Position numbers and translations under genes: made by a program. The notes under the pieces were generated by a model that was not told the origin of the DNA, did not search any database, and saw nothing but the letters and a program-made list of their open reading frames with translations. From assembly GCA_030248215.1 (NCBI GenBank), contig JASANG010004131.1, forward strand, positions 372,001 to 436,000: a stretch of DNA of 64,000 bases. Direction: 5' to 3'. Positions 39,158 through 52,170 of this stretch are shown in pieces. How positions within the stretch are numbered: the stretch's first letter is position 1; each line of letters starts with the position of its first letter. This stretch comes from Enoplolaimus lenunculus. Lineage: Eukaryota.

Positions 39158-42100
39158 TCAATGCGCAGCGATAGTAGGAGGCGTTGCGTTGCGAGCCACT
39201 GCCCAGTCTGGATAGTGTCCCAAGTCAAAGATTGCCCATATCCACGTATGAGATGCAAACAGCACAACCAGAACGCAAATGATGTTCATTACAAATCCGG
39301 CTTTCATCTGAAATATCACAATATTATACCTACATTTAGCTCTAAAATTGCGTTTGGCTTATCGTACCCTTTGCTCGCCAGCTTTTCACTGTATTACATC
39401 CCGAGGCTTTGCCAATTTAAATTGTTAGATCCATCAATGATACCGTATTTATTACTTTGCCTATATCTTCACGACCCGTGTACTAGGGTTGCAAAACGCC
39501 TATGCTCGGACCTAGGTGTAGGTTTGGCATTATACTTTAAATCATGCATAACCGGACCCATGTTAGTTTAAGGGGCGTCCAGGTTTCTGGTGGGTGTATA
39601 AAAGTGCAGGATTAGATTCTATATTACATTTTGTGCTTAGTGTTAGGCTTAGGCTTAGGCTTAGAAATACACTTAATCTACTGTTACGCCCCTAAAAGTA
39701 ACATTAGCCCATAACTGCAAAACAGCATTAGCACAAAGCTAATTTTTAAACCGAAGTCATAACAATACAAGTGTTTAGAATGCACCAACGAAATGTGTTT
39801 ACAGTTGGCCCGTGTTACTCTGTGGGGCGAACCATTTTTTTGCAGGGCTAGGTGTAATAGTACAAAAGCGTAAATGCCTAAGCCTAAGCCTGAGCCTATG
39901 CCTAAGCTTAGTTATAATGCAGAGCCGGCAATGTGTACGAATCCACTCCATCAAAAGTTACCATATTCGAAAGCTGTACAAGTCCAGTGCCGTAAATAAT
40001 TGCGTTAGGCGCAGTACCAACTGGAAGCATAAACGCAAACGAAGCTGAAAGCGTTGTCGGCAACACAAAGTATAGAGGATTGATCGGAGGTGACAGCTTG
40101 ATCGCCTAAAATTTGGGTAAAATAATTTGATATGTAGGATATCGCGGCAATTTGTCGCTCGAAATCTCGTCGTTCGAGAACTTGTCATCCAAATGTCGGC
40201 CCATGTTTACTTTAAGGGGCGTCCAGGTTTCTGGTGGATCTATAAAATAGTAGGTTTAGATTCTAGATTACATTTTTTGCTTAGGCTTAGGCTTAGGCTT
40301 AGGTTTAGGCACTCAGTTTTGCATTGCTTAGGTTTAGGCTTAGGCTTGGGAATACGCTTAATCTACTGTTCCGCCCCTTATCGACTCGACAACTGGTCGC
40401 TTATGATTACACTTAGGCTTATGTTTAGGCTTAGGAAACTTGACAATTCGTCGCTTATGATTACGCTTAGGCTTATGCTTAGTCTTAGGATTACGCTTAG
40501 GCATACGCTTAGAGAGAAATGCATTATCTGCACTCGCTTAACGAGAGTGACAGTATTGGTGTCACTTACTAGCGCGATTAGTATTGTAGAGAATATAGTT
40601 GTTGTGGCACTATTTGAACAGAATTCAGTTGCGAAAGTCACCATAAGGACTGCCGCAACTAGTACGAGCGAAGGCGGCAAAGGATCAAACGCTAAGCGTA
40701 AACCATTTCCGATCGCATCAGAAAGACCACTTTCCTAAAACTAAAAATTAAATTTAAGCTTTTCCCGCATAGAGTATACTATGAGCAACATACTTTATGC
40801 TGAACACAAAATCTTCACAAAATGCGACAACCCCTCGGCTCGAGCGTCAAGCTTCTATACATGCATGGTGGTGCTAAACGCTTTAGCAGTAGTGAGCATG
40901 GTGGTAGGGCACTCTGGAACAGGGGAGTCTGGATGGCAGTCGACACCGCTGGAAAAGCAAGAATGTGTCACCGAAATCTCACAAACCCAACAAAAATTTA
41001 AAAGCTTCGTGTTCGAATTTTCAATAACTAAATGCCAAAAATAATTGCGTGGGTTTCTCGCTCGCTTCGTTCGAAGGGTTTTTAACTACCCTGGACTATT
41101 TGAGTCTTGGATCAAAGATCGGATTCGTTCGTGGACTAGCCTAAAATCAAAAATTTGATGGCTTTTTTTTCTTTAAGGGCTAGCTGTGTGATTCTATTTG
41201 ACACACCTGTGAAGAATTGTTCCCACGTCCATGATGATGTTTCAAATCCTAATTTTGAAATCAGATCTAAGATGACAAAAATAAGCATGCGGCAAAGCCT
41301 TCAATTGGTGCCGCTTCGTTAATTATAAACTCTAAAAGGCGGCAGGATTTCGAAAAATAAAATTACCGTGTGTCTACGGTATCAAAAAATTAAATCTTCC
41401 AGTCCTATGACGAGTTTGTGCTATACATGCTGTGCATCTACTGAAGCTATAATTTTTTGTGCAATGCATAGAACAGGATCGTAACAGAAGTATAATCATA
41501 TTCCTAACACAAAGCCAAAGCGTAGGATAATGAGCTTACATACCTAAGCCTAAATCTAAGATTAAGCCTAAGCCTAAGCAGATAACAGTCTAAAACCTAA
41601 TTTGTAGTCTATTGGTGTCCCGCAGAAAACTGTTCCGCTCCCGGCGTTTACATGAATCAATTTGTTGAAGTATATACTTCTAAACTGTATTCGATGTTTG
41701 AAGTTTCATTTTGCCAAAACTCAACAAGACCATATTCTCAATATATACATAAGAACCAGATTTTAAATTCACGCCCAAGTGTCTATTTTATTCGTTGTTA
41801 AGTTTGTAATCGGAAAATTCAATACGAATACAATCTCCAATCAGAATGAAGAATTAATAGCAAAATTAAATTTTACCCAAAATTAAAATTAAAAAATATA
41901 TTCGTTTTATCGAATCAAAAATACCAAATTAATTTCAAAAAATTATATAATTTTTAGAATCAAAAACGAAACTATTCGTAAAATTGTAACCTTAACTCCA
42001 GCTGCGAGAGCGAAACCTCCACCCGATAGCAAAATAACGTCCCACGGAAAACGATCCTGAATTACTTGCCAAATTAGAATAGAACGTCGATGTACAGGTC

Positions 42101-45100
42101 GCTTAGTGTTGTCTAAAACAAAAATTGAATTTTGACAAATCAGTTTCTATACAAAACATTTTTTTGCAAAATATATTATGGGTCGTTATTGAAATTTAGT
42201 TTTGCGTTTTTTTTCAAGGAGATTATACTCTTTCGCCTTCATCAAGTTCGCTGTAAATTACAATGAGTTAATTAATCAACTCTCATAGAGAGAAGCAGTT
42301 ATTTCTGGTTGTTTCTGAGTTAAATAACAGTATATTAAACTCACTTTGAGTTGATTTAATTCGGGATCAGTATATTAAACTCACTTTGAGTTGATTTAAT
42401 TCGGGATCAATATATTAAAGATAGTAAACTGAAAATTTTTCGCTTAGCCCTGTCTCACATGAATATTTTCTATTTCCCCTGAGACCTACTTTTACGCTAG
42501 GATTCGAACTCCAGTGACTGGAGTGGGAGGCGTATACCATCACCACTCAGCTATTGGAGCTTGGCGCTCGAGCCCGAGGGGTCTCTCACGTCTTGTGGTG
42601 ATTTAGTACTATGTATACGTGTTGCAATTGTTAAACACGGTGCGATATATACTATTTAACGTATATACACTGCGCTGAGTTGCCTACAGGCAACTCAATG
42701 TGAGAAGGGGTTAAACTCACTTTGAGTTGATTTAATTCGGGATGAGTTGTTTGATTAACTCAGAGCGAGTTGAATCAACTAAGAATTTGTGAGTTCTAAA
42801 AGACCTTACTCCTGAATTAGGACTTTCAGAGGTCAGAATTCTAATTGATTGAATTCATTCTGAAATAATTAATCAATTTACCCAAAAATAAATCCGTTCA
42901 GAGTACTAAATATTTAGTGTTATTATTAACTCAGAAACACGAAATAACCAATTGCATCGCTGAGTTAACCTATCAAGTCATTATTGGAATTTAGGCACAC
43001 TTGCTCCGAGTTGTATTAACTATAGTCTTCGTAAAAACGAAACAACGCCGCAAAACCTACTCACCACCAGTAATAAACTAAAGACAACTAACTAACTTCT
43101 GGATTGAAAAAATAAAAAATCCGGCATTTCAAGTGGCCATGCAAATAAGAAACACGCGATCAGCATAACAACACTTGAATCGTTGAACATACTGAAATAC
43201 AAAAGGTAATCGTTCGGGTGAGAAATGTGATGGTAGACCATTTTTTCCAACTTTTGAGTTACAAACAATGCAAGATGTAAAATTAAAATGAACTCAACAG
43301 CTGAAATTGTAACGCTTCAGGTTTTGCGCTGAAAATATTGTACGGAACGAAAAACAGTAACACTCAGTCCTAAAACAGCCAGCTACAACATCTCTGATTA
43401 TCCGCTTAAATTAATACAACTTCACCAAGGATAAATGTTAGGTTGAACGTCGTAATTCAGAAGATAACTTATGTCTGACGACGAAACCAGGGTACAACCG
43501 GTGGTGGAAAATACCGGAACCGGAGCCACAGCCAGAGGTCAACGAAACTTGCCGGAGAAGGAGCCGGAGCCGAAGGTGAGGCGAAATTAGGCAGTAAAAC
43601 GATGGTGTATTAGTTAATTTGAGCCAATATCTCCAATATGTTGTTTAGTTGTTTGATTTTATGCTAATTTTCTACGAAATTTCGGAATTTCTTTCCTGAA
43701 AATTGTGACAACAGTAAAACGAAACGCGCTAAACAGATAAATTTTGCAAATTTATGCATAATGTATTCAGCTGTATAGTTCGAGCGTTTTATTAAAGTGG
43801 CGCAGTACTTGGCGTGCAGCCGACGTGCGTCGCAGATAAAAAATTAACACTTTTATAAATAAATATGTAGGTTCCCGCCGGCACCGTGCGGCATTTGGCG
43901 TACAACGTCGCACCGTACCGGACGACATCAAACGACGCCGGGCCGCCCCCCGAAGATATTAAAATAGACAAAAAATATAGCGCTACCGTAATGCATACAA
44001 AGAAATGTTAGAAAAATTTGTAAATTGTAATAAGTTTACCGTTTATGTGTGAACAGTTTTTCCCAGCCGGGCATAAATTTGGGACTTCTTAGCAGCCACA
44101 ATGCGACCAGCACAACGAACAGTATTAGTATCGAAATTTCGCCAAACCTAGAATGAAATCTTTGAATCTGGTTAAGTAACCGAATTAGTTGCCATATTCC
44201 CAGGATATATCGAAAATTACATTACCGAAATATCGGTATATAAGGTTCGACTTATCAATTCTATCCAATAATATGTGTACACGGCGTAGATGAAATATTC
44301 ATTTAAAAAATCTATCCGATCTCATTACTTTATATTATTACTGGGGCCCCATGTATAGAACAGGGCCAGAACAGTAGTATAAGCAAATTCCTAAATCAAA
44401 GCCTAAGCCTTAGCCTTAGTTTAAGCAAAAATAGTCTTATGCTTGAGCTAACTCCATTACAGTCCCGCAGGAAAACGTTCCGGCCCTGTTCTATCCATGG
44501 GTCATTACTGATCCTATAATGTGCAACTTTGATGCTTTCAAATGAGCACCGCTTCATTCTAAATTGGTTATGAAAACTCAACGCCGAAGTGTATTCCGTG
44601 AAATATATTCTTAATTCAAAGCAGAAACTTTCAAAGCGTATTCATCTATTTTGAATAAGACGGATCGAAAAAATAGCTAAAGGTGAGCGACTGTCTTTCC
44701 TTGCCAATATAACAAAATTTTGACTTTGGTATTGAAACGACTTTTTTGAATCATCAACGCAATTCACCAGTTCGATTCAAATCTATATTATTAAAGCTGG
44801 AACGCCCACATGCGTATTTGGAGCAGCGTTCGTCTGTTGTAAGGAATGTTTCTTATATAAACAAGAGGCAACATTAAATATGCTAATTAGAATACATTGT
44901 TTTGAAAGTAAAACGCACAGGATGTAGCAAAGAATTAAAGGTGAACCGAAATGCAAACAAAACTTGCTGCGCAGTTTTCAGGCATAAAACTTTTGGAATA
45001 ATGGGGTAGGGTTGCAAAATTTGCATCCAATAGCAATTTTTTCAGTTTCCTTTGCGATCTGTGAAATACCCGATCCAAATGTTTCGGTACGCCAGTGCCA

Positions 45101-48100
45101 TTTCATCACTACTTACTTAACTGGTCCCAGCTTGGCGTATTCCCTTTCCAACACTAATCGAACCGAATTATCACCAACAGGATTGTTATATGAGCTTTTC
45201 ATGCGTTTCCTGTTGAACAACCGCACGCATGATTTGAGCACATTCCTGAAAAAATTCAAATATGAATTTTAGTTATGATGGGAATTTTTCAGGATTTGAT
45301 GCAACTTAGGCTTACGATTATGTTTCATTCGTAAGCTATAGCATTAACCTAAACCCTAAACTCAACTTGGTGCAACATAGGCTTACGATTGAGCTTCCTG
45401 TTTAAGATTAGATTTAGCTTTTACACTCATGCTTAAAGCTTAAGGTTACAGGTACCTTTTAGTTTTTATAATTCATTTTGTTTACCGTTTATGACATGCT
45501 GGATTCCATAAAATAGAACAGTTGTGATTTTGATGGTTAACTAAAAACTGAACCTGACTGTTTTGTTAATAGACGAACCTAACATCTTAGCGTACCGTAA
45601 TCCTATGCAAAGGCATTGCAGCCACATCCATGCTGCAAATACGCAAATGATTAATACTGGAACAGAAAACAGCATCCAATTAGCGTACGATAAGTTGGAC
45701 GTCATGCCGGACTGGGCTTCAGCGAAACTGAAATTAAAAGTATTAAACCTTGTAGCCTTCGTGGAGGAAACTGAGCAAAAGTAAAGCCGCTACTTTCCAC
45801 TATGCTGCATCGGGTCCCCAGCCAAGGCGGGAGGGAAGGGCAAGGGGCTCAACCCCGTGGAAAATGTTGCCCGTTGGAAAATTTTGAAACTTGTTTGTAT
45901 GTGAACAAAAATCCTTATATACCCTTCCTTTCAACTTTTTAGCACTTGCTAGCAAGGTGAACTGGTTACGAGCCTATGCTGCGTAGAAAACAAATCAGTC
46001 CTGTTTACGACTGCATAAATCAATTTGGGGTTTCAGTTTAAAATTTGTTTACATGGTTTACTCGTTCAAATTGGCCAATGCAATAATGTTTGGCATCGTT
46101 CCAGCGAACGTTCCAATACCACCAATATTGGCAGCATAACAAATCGACAACAGTATCCATCTTGTCATACGTTGATCATCTTCGAGCAACAACCGAAAAT
46201 TCACCGGATTCAAATACGCAATTTGGGACGCACAATTCGGTTGAACCAAAAGGCTAAAATTGCAATGAACTCAGCATGAATTGAATCGCCTCACATTTCC
46301 GTGTTCGGATTGTTGTAAAACTCAGACTATGAGTGATTCAACTAATTCTGAGTTAAAATCAACTCACCGAAATTTACAGTGTGGTAATGCTCAAAACTTA
46401 ACAGCATACGCCGTTCGTTACTTTCCCATGCTTCAGTGTGAAAAAATGATGATTTGTTTATTTCTGTTTTGATCAGAATCAGACAGATATGAAAGTATAA
46501 TGGTTATAACTAAAATCACATTGATTCATGAATATATTTTTAAAATTTTGTTCAAAATGTGCAATTTGCAAGAGTCTGAATCAGGGGTTGTTTCTTGCAT
46601 GTTTCTTAAACAGAATATAATTTAAAAACTTACTGGATTCAGGAAAAAATGGTTTACAAAAGTTATAATAACAGCAACTTGAAGCTTAATAGCATTTTTA
46701 GCTTGATTGATAAAGTACGGCGTGCACCGTTTACAGAATTTACTAAAGTTATATTTTTTACAGACATATTTCTTGAATTTCAGACTTTTATTTCTAAAAA
46801 TTTTTAGAAAAACGACTCCAAGGCTAAAGGGCAATGAAACACCATAATTTTACAACGTACGACACGTTCAAGACGTAAACTTAGATTGGGCTAGTCTGAG
46901 CTTAACCCGAACTATGCATGAAGTTCGATCATTTATAAACGGAGCAACTCGTTTACATACATTACAATCAGAATAATAATTTTTAAACAACATTCCATGA
47001 ACAAAGGAATTTCGTGTCTTATGATTTTGCAATAGTAATTCCTTGAATACACGTAACACATTTACGTTTTAACCATTTTAGACACAAATTTCAGAGCTGT
47101 TTAAGACAGCGGATGAAATCCCAAACAGTTTAGTTTTAAAAATTTAAGAAAGCAAACAGTTTTGAAATTTTAAGACACTTTTTGTGCGTAGCAACTTGGA
47201 TAATCACCTGTTCTGAGCTCTTTTGTTATCAGCATTTGTTTGGCTTTCTTTCTGAAATGAATAAAATCAAATAAAACTGAATCAGTATCGAAGACATATT
47301 TCGAAGCGTGTTGAATAAATTTTCGCAATTTATATGTATTAGCTAAGTTTATAGATAACATTTTTAGTGGCCCAACTTACTCATTTTATTTGATGCAAAA
47401 TGAAAATTATGCGTTGCCGAAAAACGTTTCTCAAAATTACACCTGATGTGGGATTAGTGCACGAGTCGTTTCTACTCTTCTTTTACAACTACATGGACTC
47501 GCTGTTCGCCGTCTCGCCTGGCTAAAAATTTATCTACAACAATTAAAATCTTCTAAGTAAGGAAAATTATTCTTACGCCCTGTATAAAATCGTCTACGAA
47601 ATCTACTAAAGGCTGACGCCATACTTATCGTGTGGTGCTGTCCATCGTGGCAAGGTACGTCTAAGCCCGTTCATCATGCGGTACCGTTCACTAGGACGGA
47701 CACGGACAGTGACAGACGTCGATGGACGGCGCCTGACGATATTACAGTTATTAAAAAGCATAGTGCAACCCCTAATATTCCGGATGCGGACTTGCCGGAT
47801 ACTTATTGCTAGTTAATAGCGCTCAAGCGCATATCATGCTGCGTACTCACCGTAACTGCATCAGCCGTTTGAATTAGTACCCCGTATTCATCAGTGTTTA
47901 CGCTAAACGACGCGGCGTTTGCTGAAAACTTATTTGAAAGTATCTCTTGGCAAACTGCTTTCGCGATTGGAAGCATCAACGCAGTCGTTGCCGTATTTGA
48001 GATCCACATTGATAAAAACGACGTGACCAGCATAAATCCGAGCATTTGTCTGAGATGAAATTATAAACTATTTATGTTTTAGGTAATTTTCAATATTTGC

Positions 48101-51100
48101 TTGGAAAAATATGATTTTAAAATTGGTCAAAAATGACATTAGTGGTATTATATATTTCTTCCCAAAATTTCTGGACAAGCAAGAAAAAACACAACAATAT
48201 CAACAGGCTTTCGAATAATTTTCTGGGCTTAAAGGTCCAACAGTTTACTTTTAGATCCTTTCCGAACTGAAATTCTGCTCTTACACTCCTGTCGGTAGCC
48301 ACAAACCTATTAAGTAAGCAGCTGGATAAGCGCATCTTCATCGTCTGTTATCGTTGAGTATATGTCAATAGGTACTGCAGTGACCCGAACAGGGTCCCCA
48401 GTACGAGCCTAATTTTAACATCACTCCATATCTAACGGACACGGCCATCAATAAAATTTTTAGGAACAAGCCAGTTCTGCCAAAAGAAATGTTGGGTCTC
48501 AAACGGCGTGAATTGAAAATATAACAGTCCGTACCCAATTAGAGCGGTACTCTCTGAAGAAACAAAATAAATATCACTCTACTCCGCCTCTTAAATCGGG
48601 TCACTGCAGTATGCTGTCGGCAATGATACAATACTGGATACGCAACGCAACGGATTATAGTGTATATGCGCACGAACAATGCTTGTTTTGACAAGCTTTA
48701 CAGAACGGAATCACAAATTTTGAATAGCTAGTACACTGCAAAAAACGATGAGTCAAATTGACTCTCTCCGAAATAGGCTTTTCCGGACTACACAAACTGA
48801 GTCAAATTCGACTCCGCCAGAGTCTATTTCGCCTCAACGAGCGACTCAGTTAATCGAATTTGACTCTGGCGGAGTCGAATTTTGACTCAGTTTGTGTAGT
48901 CCGGAAAAGCCTATTTCAGAGAGTCAATTTGACTCACCATTTTTTGCAGTGTAGAAGTGAGCGATTGACGCAAAATTAATCATATTTCTGTTAATATATA
49001 AAACAGAAAAATTTTCGCAAAAATTTCTCACATCAAGTCTGAAAATCACCTGAATTATTAAGCAACGGGAATAAAAACGTTTTCTAGTTATTTTGAGAAA
49101 AATTGATTTATTTTCTTGAACAATTTTGGCGTTTCGTTGCTGACAGTAGTTTTCTGTATAAATTTTTATATACTTTAGCGTGTACGTGTGTGCATGCAAC
49201 TGTGAAACTAAAAAACATTCTTGGTACAATATATATACCTGCTTACAGAGTATCCTACTAGAAGCAACGCTTTTAGTGCGATCCGCTTATGAAGACCAGT
49301 TTCCTCAACCGCAAGAGCAACAAAAATGCCTCCAAGCAGTAAAAAATTGCTGTGCTGAAAACATCAAATTTAAAACACATAAACACAACTTTTATGACTA
49401 ACCATAATAAACTTGGTAATTAGAACGTTTTTCTGCGAGACTGCAATAGTGCAATCTTAAAGACTATAATGTTTTCCTTAATAGTCTTAGGCTTAGACTT
49501 AATAGTTATAACCTCATTCTTACGCATAGGCTTGGGCTTAGGCTTAAGCGTAGGAATTATGTTTATACCACTGTTTACAGTTCAGTTCTATACATTGGCA
49601 GCAAAAATAAACTATTCTCAGTAAATTTAATTGAGGTGTACGCATTTTAGCATAACGGAACTGAAATTAGTTTCGTAGATTGCCAATCAAAACAATTTCA
49701 AACTGAGGTTCATAGATTTTCACCCACACTGGATTTGATCAAGAACACTTCTTGTTGTACGCCAAGGGTACGGCATTGAAAGTGAGACACGTCACACTAC
49801 CGCATAGCTCACGCTTATAGTTAAGCTTAACAGCTGCAAAACTTAAAGTAAGGCAGTTTAGGTAACCGTGCACTGTCCGACGAACTTGTGTTTCATAAAA
49901 TATAAGTCGCGTTTTGAATTGATTTTTGAACTAATTCTTTTACGATGTATACAGTTCCAGATTTAATATTATTTCAACCGTTTATTAATGCTTACAGGTT
50001 TCAACTTATATGTCAACACTTATATACTATACATTTTCATGTCTTGTCACACCGGATCTGGAGTCATCGCCAATGTATACAACAGGGCCGTAACAGTAGT
50101 ATATTTCTTAGCCTAAGCCTAAGCGTAAGAATAAGCTTATACATAAGCTTAAGCCTAAGCATAAGCCAAAACCAAAAAATAGTCTAAAGTTTACGCATAC
50201 TCTATTGCAGTCTCACAGGAAAACGTTCCGTCCTTAAGCGTTACGCGCGCTGGAGTCTTAAATATTAACGTTAAAAAAGCTCTGCGTTTCACTTCGTCGT
50301 TTAGCGCACTTGCACCATCGTGGAACTGGTTTAATTGGAATGAAACAAGCTATACAGTGTAAATTCCAGTGAGTTGATTAATCAGTTTAGAGAGAATTAG
50401 TAACTTTTGGTCATTTCTGAGTTAGTTGCAGTACATATTAATTCGTTTTTCTGAGCTGATTTAATTCCGGGTGAGTTAATTAATTTACTCAGAATGAGTT
50501 AAATCAATTCAGAATTCTGAGTTCTGAAAGGTCTAATTCAGAGCTTAGCTTTCTGAGCTGATTCAACTCCTCATTCTAAGTTAAAATCAAGTCACTGGAA
50601 TTTACAGTGTAATAGGTCAAAATATTTCAAAATTTACTTTCAAATATTGAGCACATGTATCTTTGACATCGAGCACTCCAAGGATTGGAAACAGAAAAAT
50701 TGGAAACATCGAAGTCACTGCTAACGGCATCAGTTCCATCATCCAATAGATCGCCATTAATGCCATCACAAATCCGCAAGATTTTTCCTACAAATATGTC
50801 TAAATAACGGATAAAATCCATTTCAGTCTAAGTAGAAAAAAAGCTAAGAATGTCAGGTGATTTTAATTAAGATAACAGAAAACGAGCCGCACACGGTAAA
50901 TTCCTACTAACTGATTTTAATTCAGAACGAGTTGAATCACAGAGCCTAAATTAGGTGTTTCACAATTCAGATTTCTAGACCGATTGAACTCAATCTGAGT
51001 TAATTAATCAGCTCGCCTGGAATTAAATCAGCTCACAATGAGTTAATGTTTACCGTTATCAATTCAGAAATAACCAGAAAAATACTAATTGTCTTTCTGA

Positions 51101-51563
51101 GTTGATTAATCAACTCACTAGAATTTACAACGCAGTCGCTGGACAATTTGCTGCGCTTTTTGAGCCCCTGCCCGTGTGACCGCCAAGACCGATCGCTTTC
51201 ACGGGTCATCCACGATTTTTGTAATACGGCGAGGCCGCTATACCGTTTACCAAAGTTTTGTTGATGCGTAAAACTATAAAGTGGGCTTAGTTGGTTGTGT
51301 TTCGTATGTTCGGTAAAATAAGCATCAGTTTTCGATACGACAACCTATATCGGACACATGAATTTCTCGAAAACACGGTTTTAACTCAAGCTTCAAGCAA
51401 TAAACTAAATATTATGCTGCAAGAAATTAAGCTTAAATCGTACTCTAGAAGGCGAAACAACCAGCATAGGCAACAGGACGAGAGGTACAACAAGTTGAAG
51501 CAGTTGTTTCCAGTAACAACAACAGTCGCGCAATATGTACCATGCTGTAAGTTTCAATTTCAT
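39158..51563 (-). CDS. SLC13/DASS family Na+-dependent dicarboxylate/sulfate cotransporter (Indy/nac-like), 14 exons, 632 aa
   Basis: Exons in transcript order: 51444-51563, 50638-50787, 49239-49354, 47851-48049, 47441-47517, 46062-46253, 45596-45727, 45117-45245, 44040-44147, 43097-43191, 41991-42112, 40570-40734, 39962-40105, 39158-39307. All are GT-AG and phase-consistent (1899 nt). Family motifs: [96 protein letters not shown]. Loop exon 47441-47517 is the least certain. Confidence 0.93.
39555..39709. mobile_element. Family A variant MITE
   Basis: gacccatgttagtttaaggggcg / cgcccctaaaagtaacattagcc; TSD cataaccg/cataactg; TTAGGC block. Confidence 0.8.
40198..40510. mobile_element. Family A variant MITE (3' end disrupted) plus adjacent duplicated TTAGGC-like unit
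   Basis: Same 5' end as the 39555 copy, TTAGGC arrays, then two copies of an approximately 55-bp unit gacaa..tcgcttatgattac.cttaggcttatg. Confidence 0.7.
41459..41658. mobile_element. Family A TTAGGC MITE, degenerate
   Basis: atgcatagaacagg..gtaacag start, GCCTAA blocks, cccgcagaaaactgttccg..tttacatg end. Confidence 0.7.
42447..42711. mobile_element. Family H MITE (CCC..TCTCACAT / ATGTGAGAAGGG) containing a tRNA-derived segment
   Basis: Short TIRs flanked by TTA/TAA; second copy at 29008-29192; inserted in a family D element. Confidence 0.75.
42490..42560 (-). pseudogene. tRNA-derived sequence (Pol III A and B boxes; not a functional tRNA)
   Basis: Minus strand reads GCTCCAATAGCTGAGTGGT...GGAGTTCGAATCC; the 3' half of the acceptor stem is missing. 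Confidence 0.6.
44345..44503. mobile_element. Family A TTAGGC MITE
   Basis: ggccccatgtatagaacagggcc / ggccctgttctatccatgggtc; TSD attactgg/attactga. Confidence 0.85.
48375..48609. mobile_element. Family C MITE, short form
   Basis: TA|ctgcagtgacccga ... tcgggtcactgcag|TA. Confidence 0.75.
48734..48951. mobile_element. Family E foldback (near-perfect palindromic) MITE
   Basis: TA|cactgcaaaaaa ... ttttttgcagtg|TA; arms of about 100 bp are reverse complements. Confidence 0.88.
49420..49600. mobile_element. Family A TTAGGC MITE, degenerate
   Basis: Family A internal layout (gaacgtttttctgcgagactgcaatag ... ttaggc ... gttctatacattggc). Confidence 0.65.
50068..50251. mobile_element. Family A TTAGGC MITE
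   Basis: gccaatgtatacaacagggccgtaacag start, GCCTAA blocks, TSD ggagtcat/ggagtctt. Confidence 0.78.
50355..50609. mobile_element. Family D MITE (CACTGTAAATT TIR, TGAGTT/AACTCA-rich)
   Basis: cagtgtaaattccagtga / tcactggaatttacagtg, TA flanks. Relatives at about 42250-42860, 46280-46382, 50891-51132 and 54900-55088. Confidence 0.78.
50891..51132. mobile_element. Family D MITE, inverted relative to the 50355 copy
   Basis: Its reverse complement aligns with 50355-50609. Confidence 0.72.
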
Positions 51564-51797
51564 ACTGAATTGCCTAAATCATGACAATCAAAAATTAGCC
51601 ATACCTACTCAACGTGGTATTCCTTGATTTTTCAGTCGGTCGGTTAAATTTAAATTTGAAAAAATGATTTGAAAACTATACCATCAATTGGCTTGGTTAC
51701 TGGTTATAATTTTGAAAACATGTCGATAACGCTTGTAACAACACAACGTATTTGAATCTCGATTTTTTTATCCAAACACACTCCAGTCTAAGACTTA

Positions 51798-52170
51798 CTG
51801 TAGTGACCCTATTAGGGTGGTAATAAGAGGGGGTCCCATTTTGGGTCCTAATTAATAGGAGTCTGTATCCCTAATAAGAGTCCGTAAGGGGATAGAGTCC
51901 CGAAACCCTAATTAGAGTCCATAAATGTCAATTATCTCTAATTGTAGCGCATAAATGACTCCATGTAATTTCGAAACTTTAAAGCTTACTTAAATTTTGA
52001 AAGTACACTGCTAAGTTTAACCTTGCATTATCGCTTAAGCTATTGACACAAGGCAAATATACGTTTAATTCAACGGGCAGTTGCAGTACTGGATACATTT
52101 CAGTAACGAAGGCTGGCGGAGGGTGGGTTAAAAATAAATAACAGTGCGTAACCGAATAACATGGGGGTAC
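51798..52170. mobile_element. Family C MITE, reverse orientation, one end lost
   Basis: Reverse complement of the 29786 and 34012 copies. Confidence 0.8.

Noticed and set aside
40127..40738. 203-aa plus-strand ORF and other LRLRLR/SLSLSL ORFs (38583, 44396, 55325, 57723)
   Set aside because: These are translations of TTAGGC arrays in MITEs and antisense overlap with an SLC13 exon.
42490..42560. Functional tRNA gene
   Set aside because: A and B boxes are present, but there is no 3' acceptor stem or clean anticodon arm, and it lies within a repeated element.
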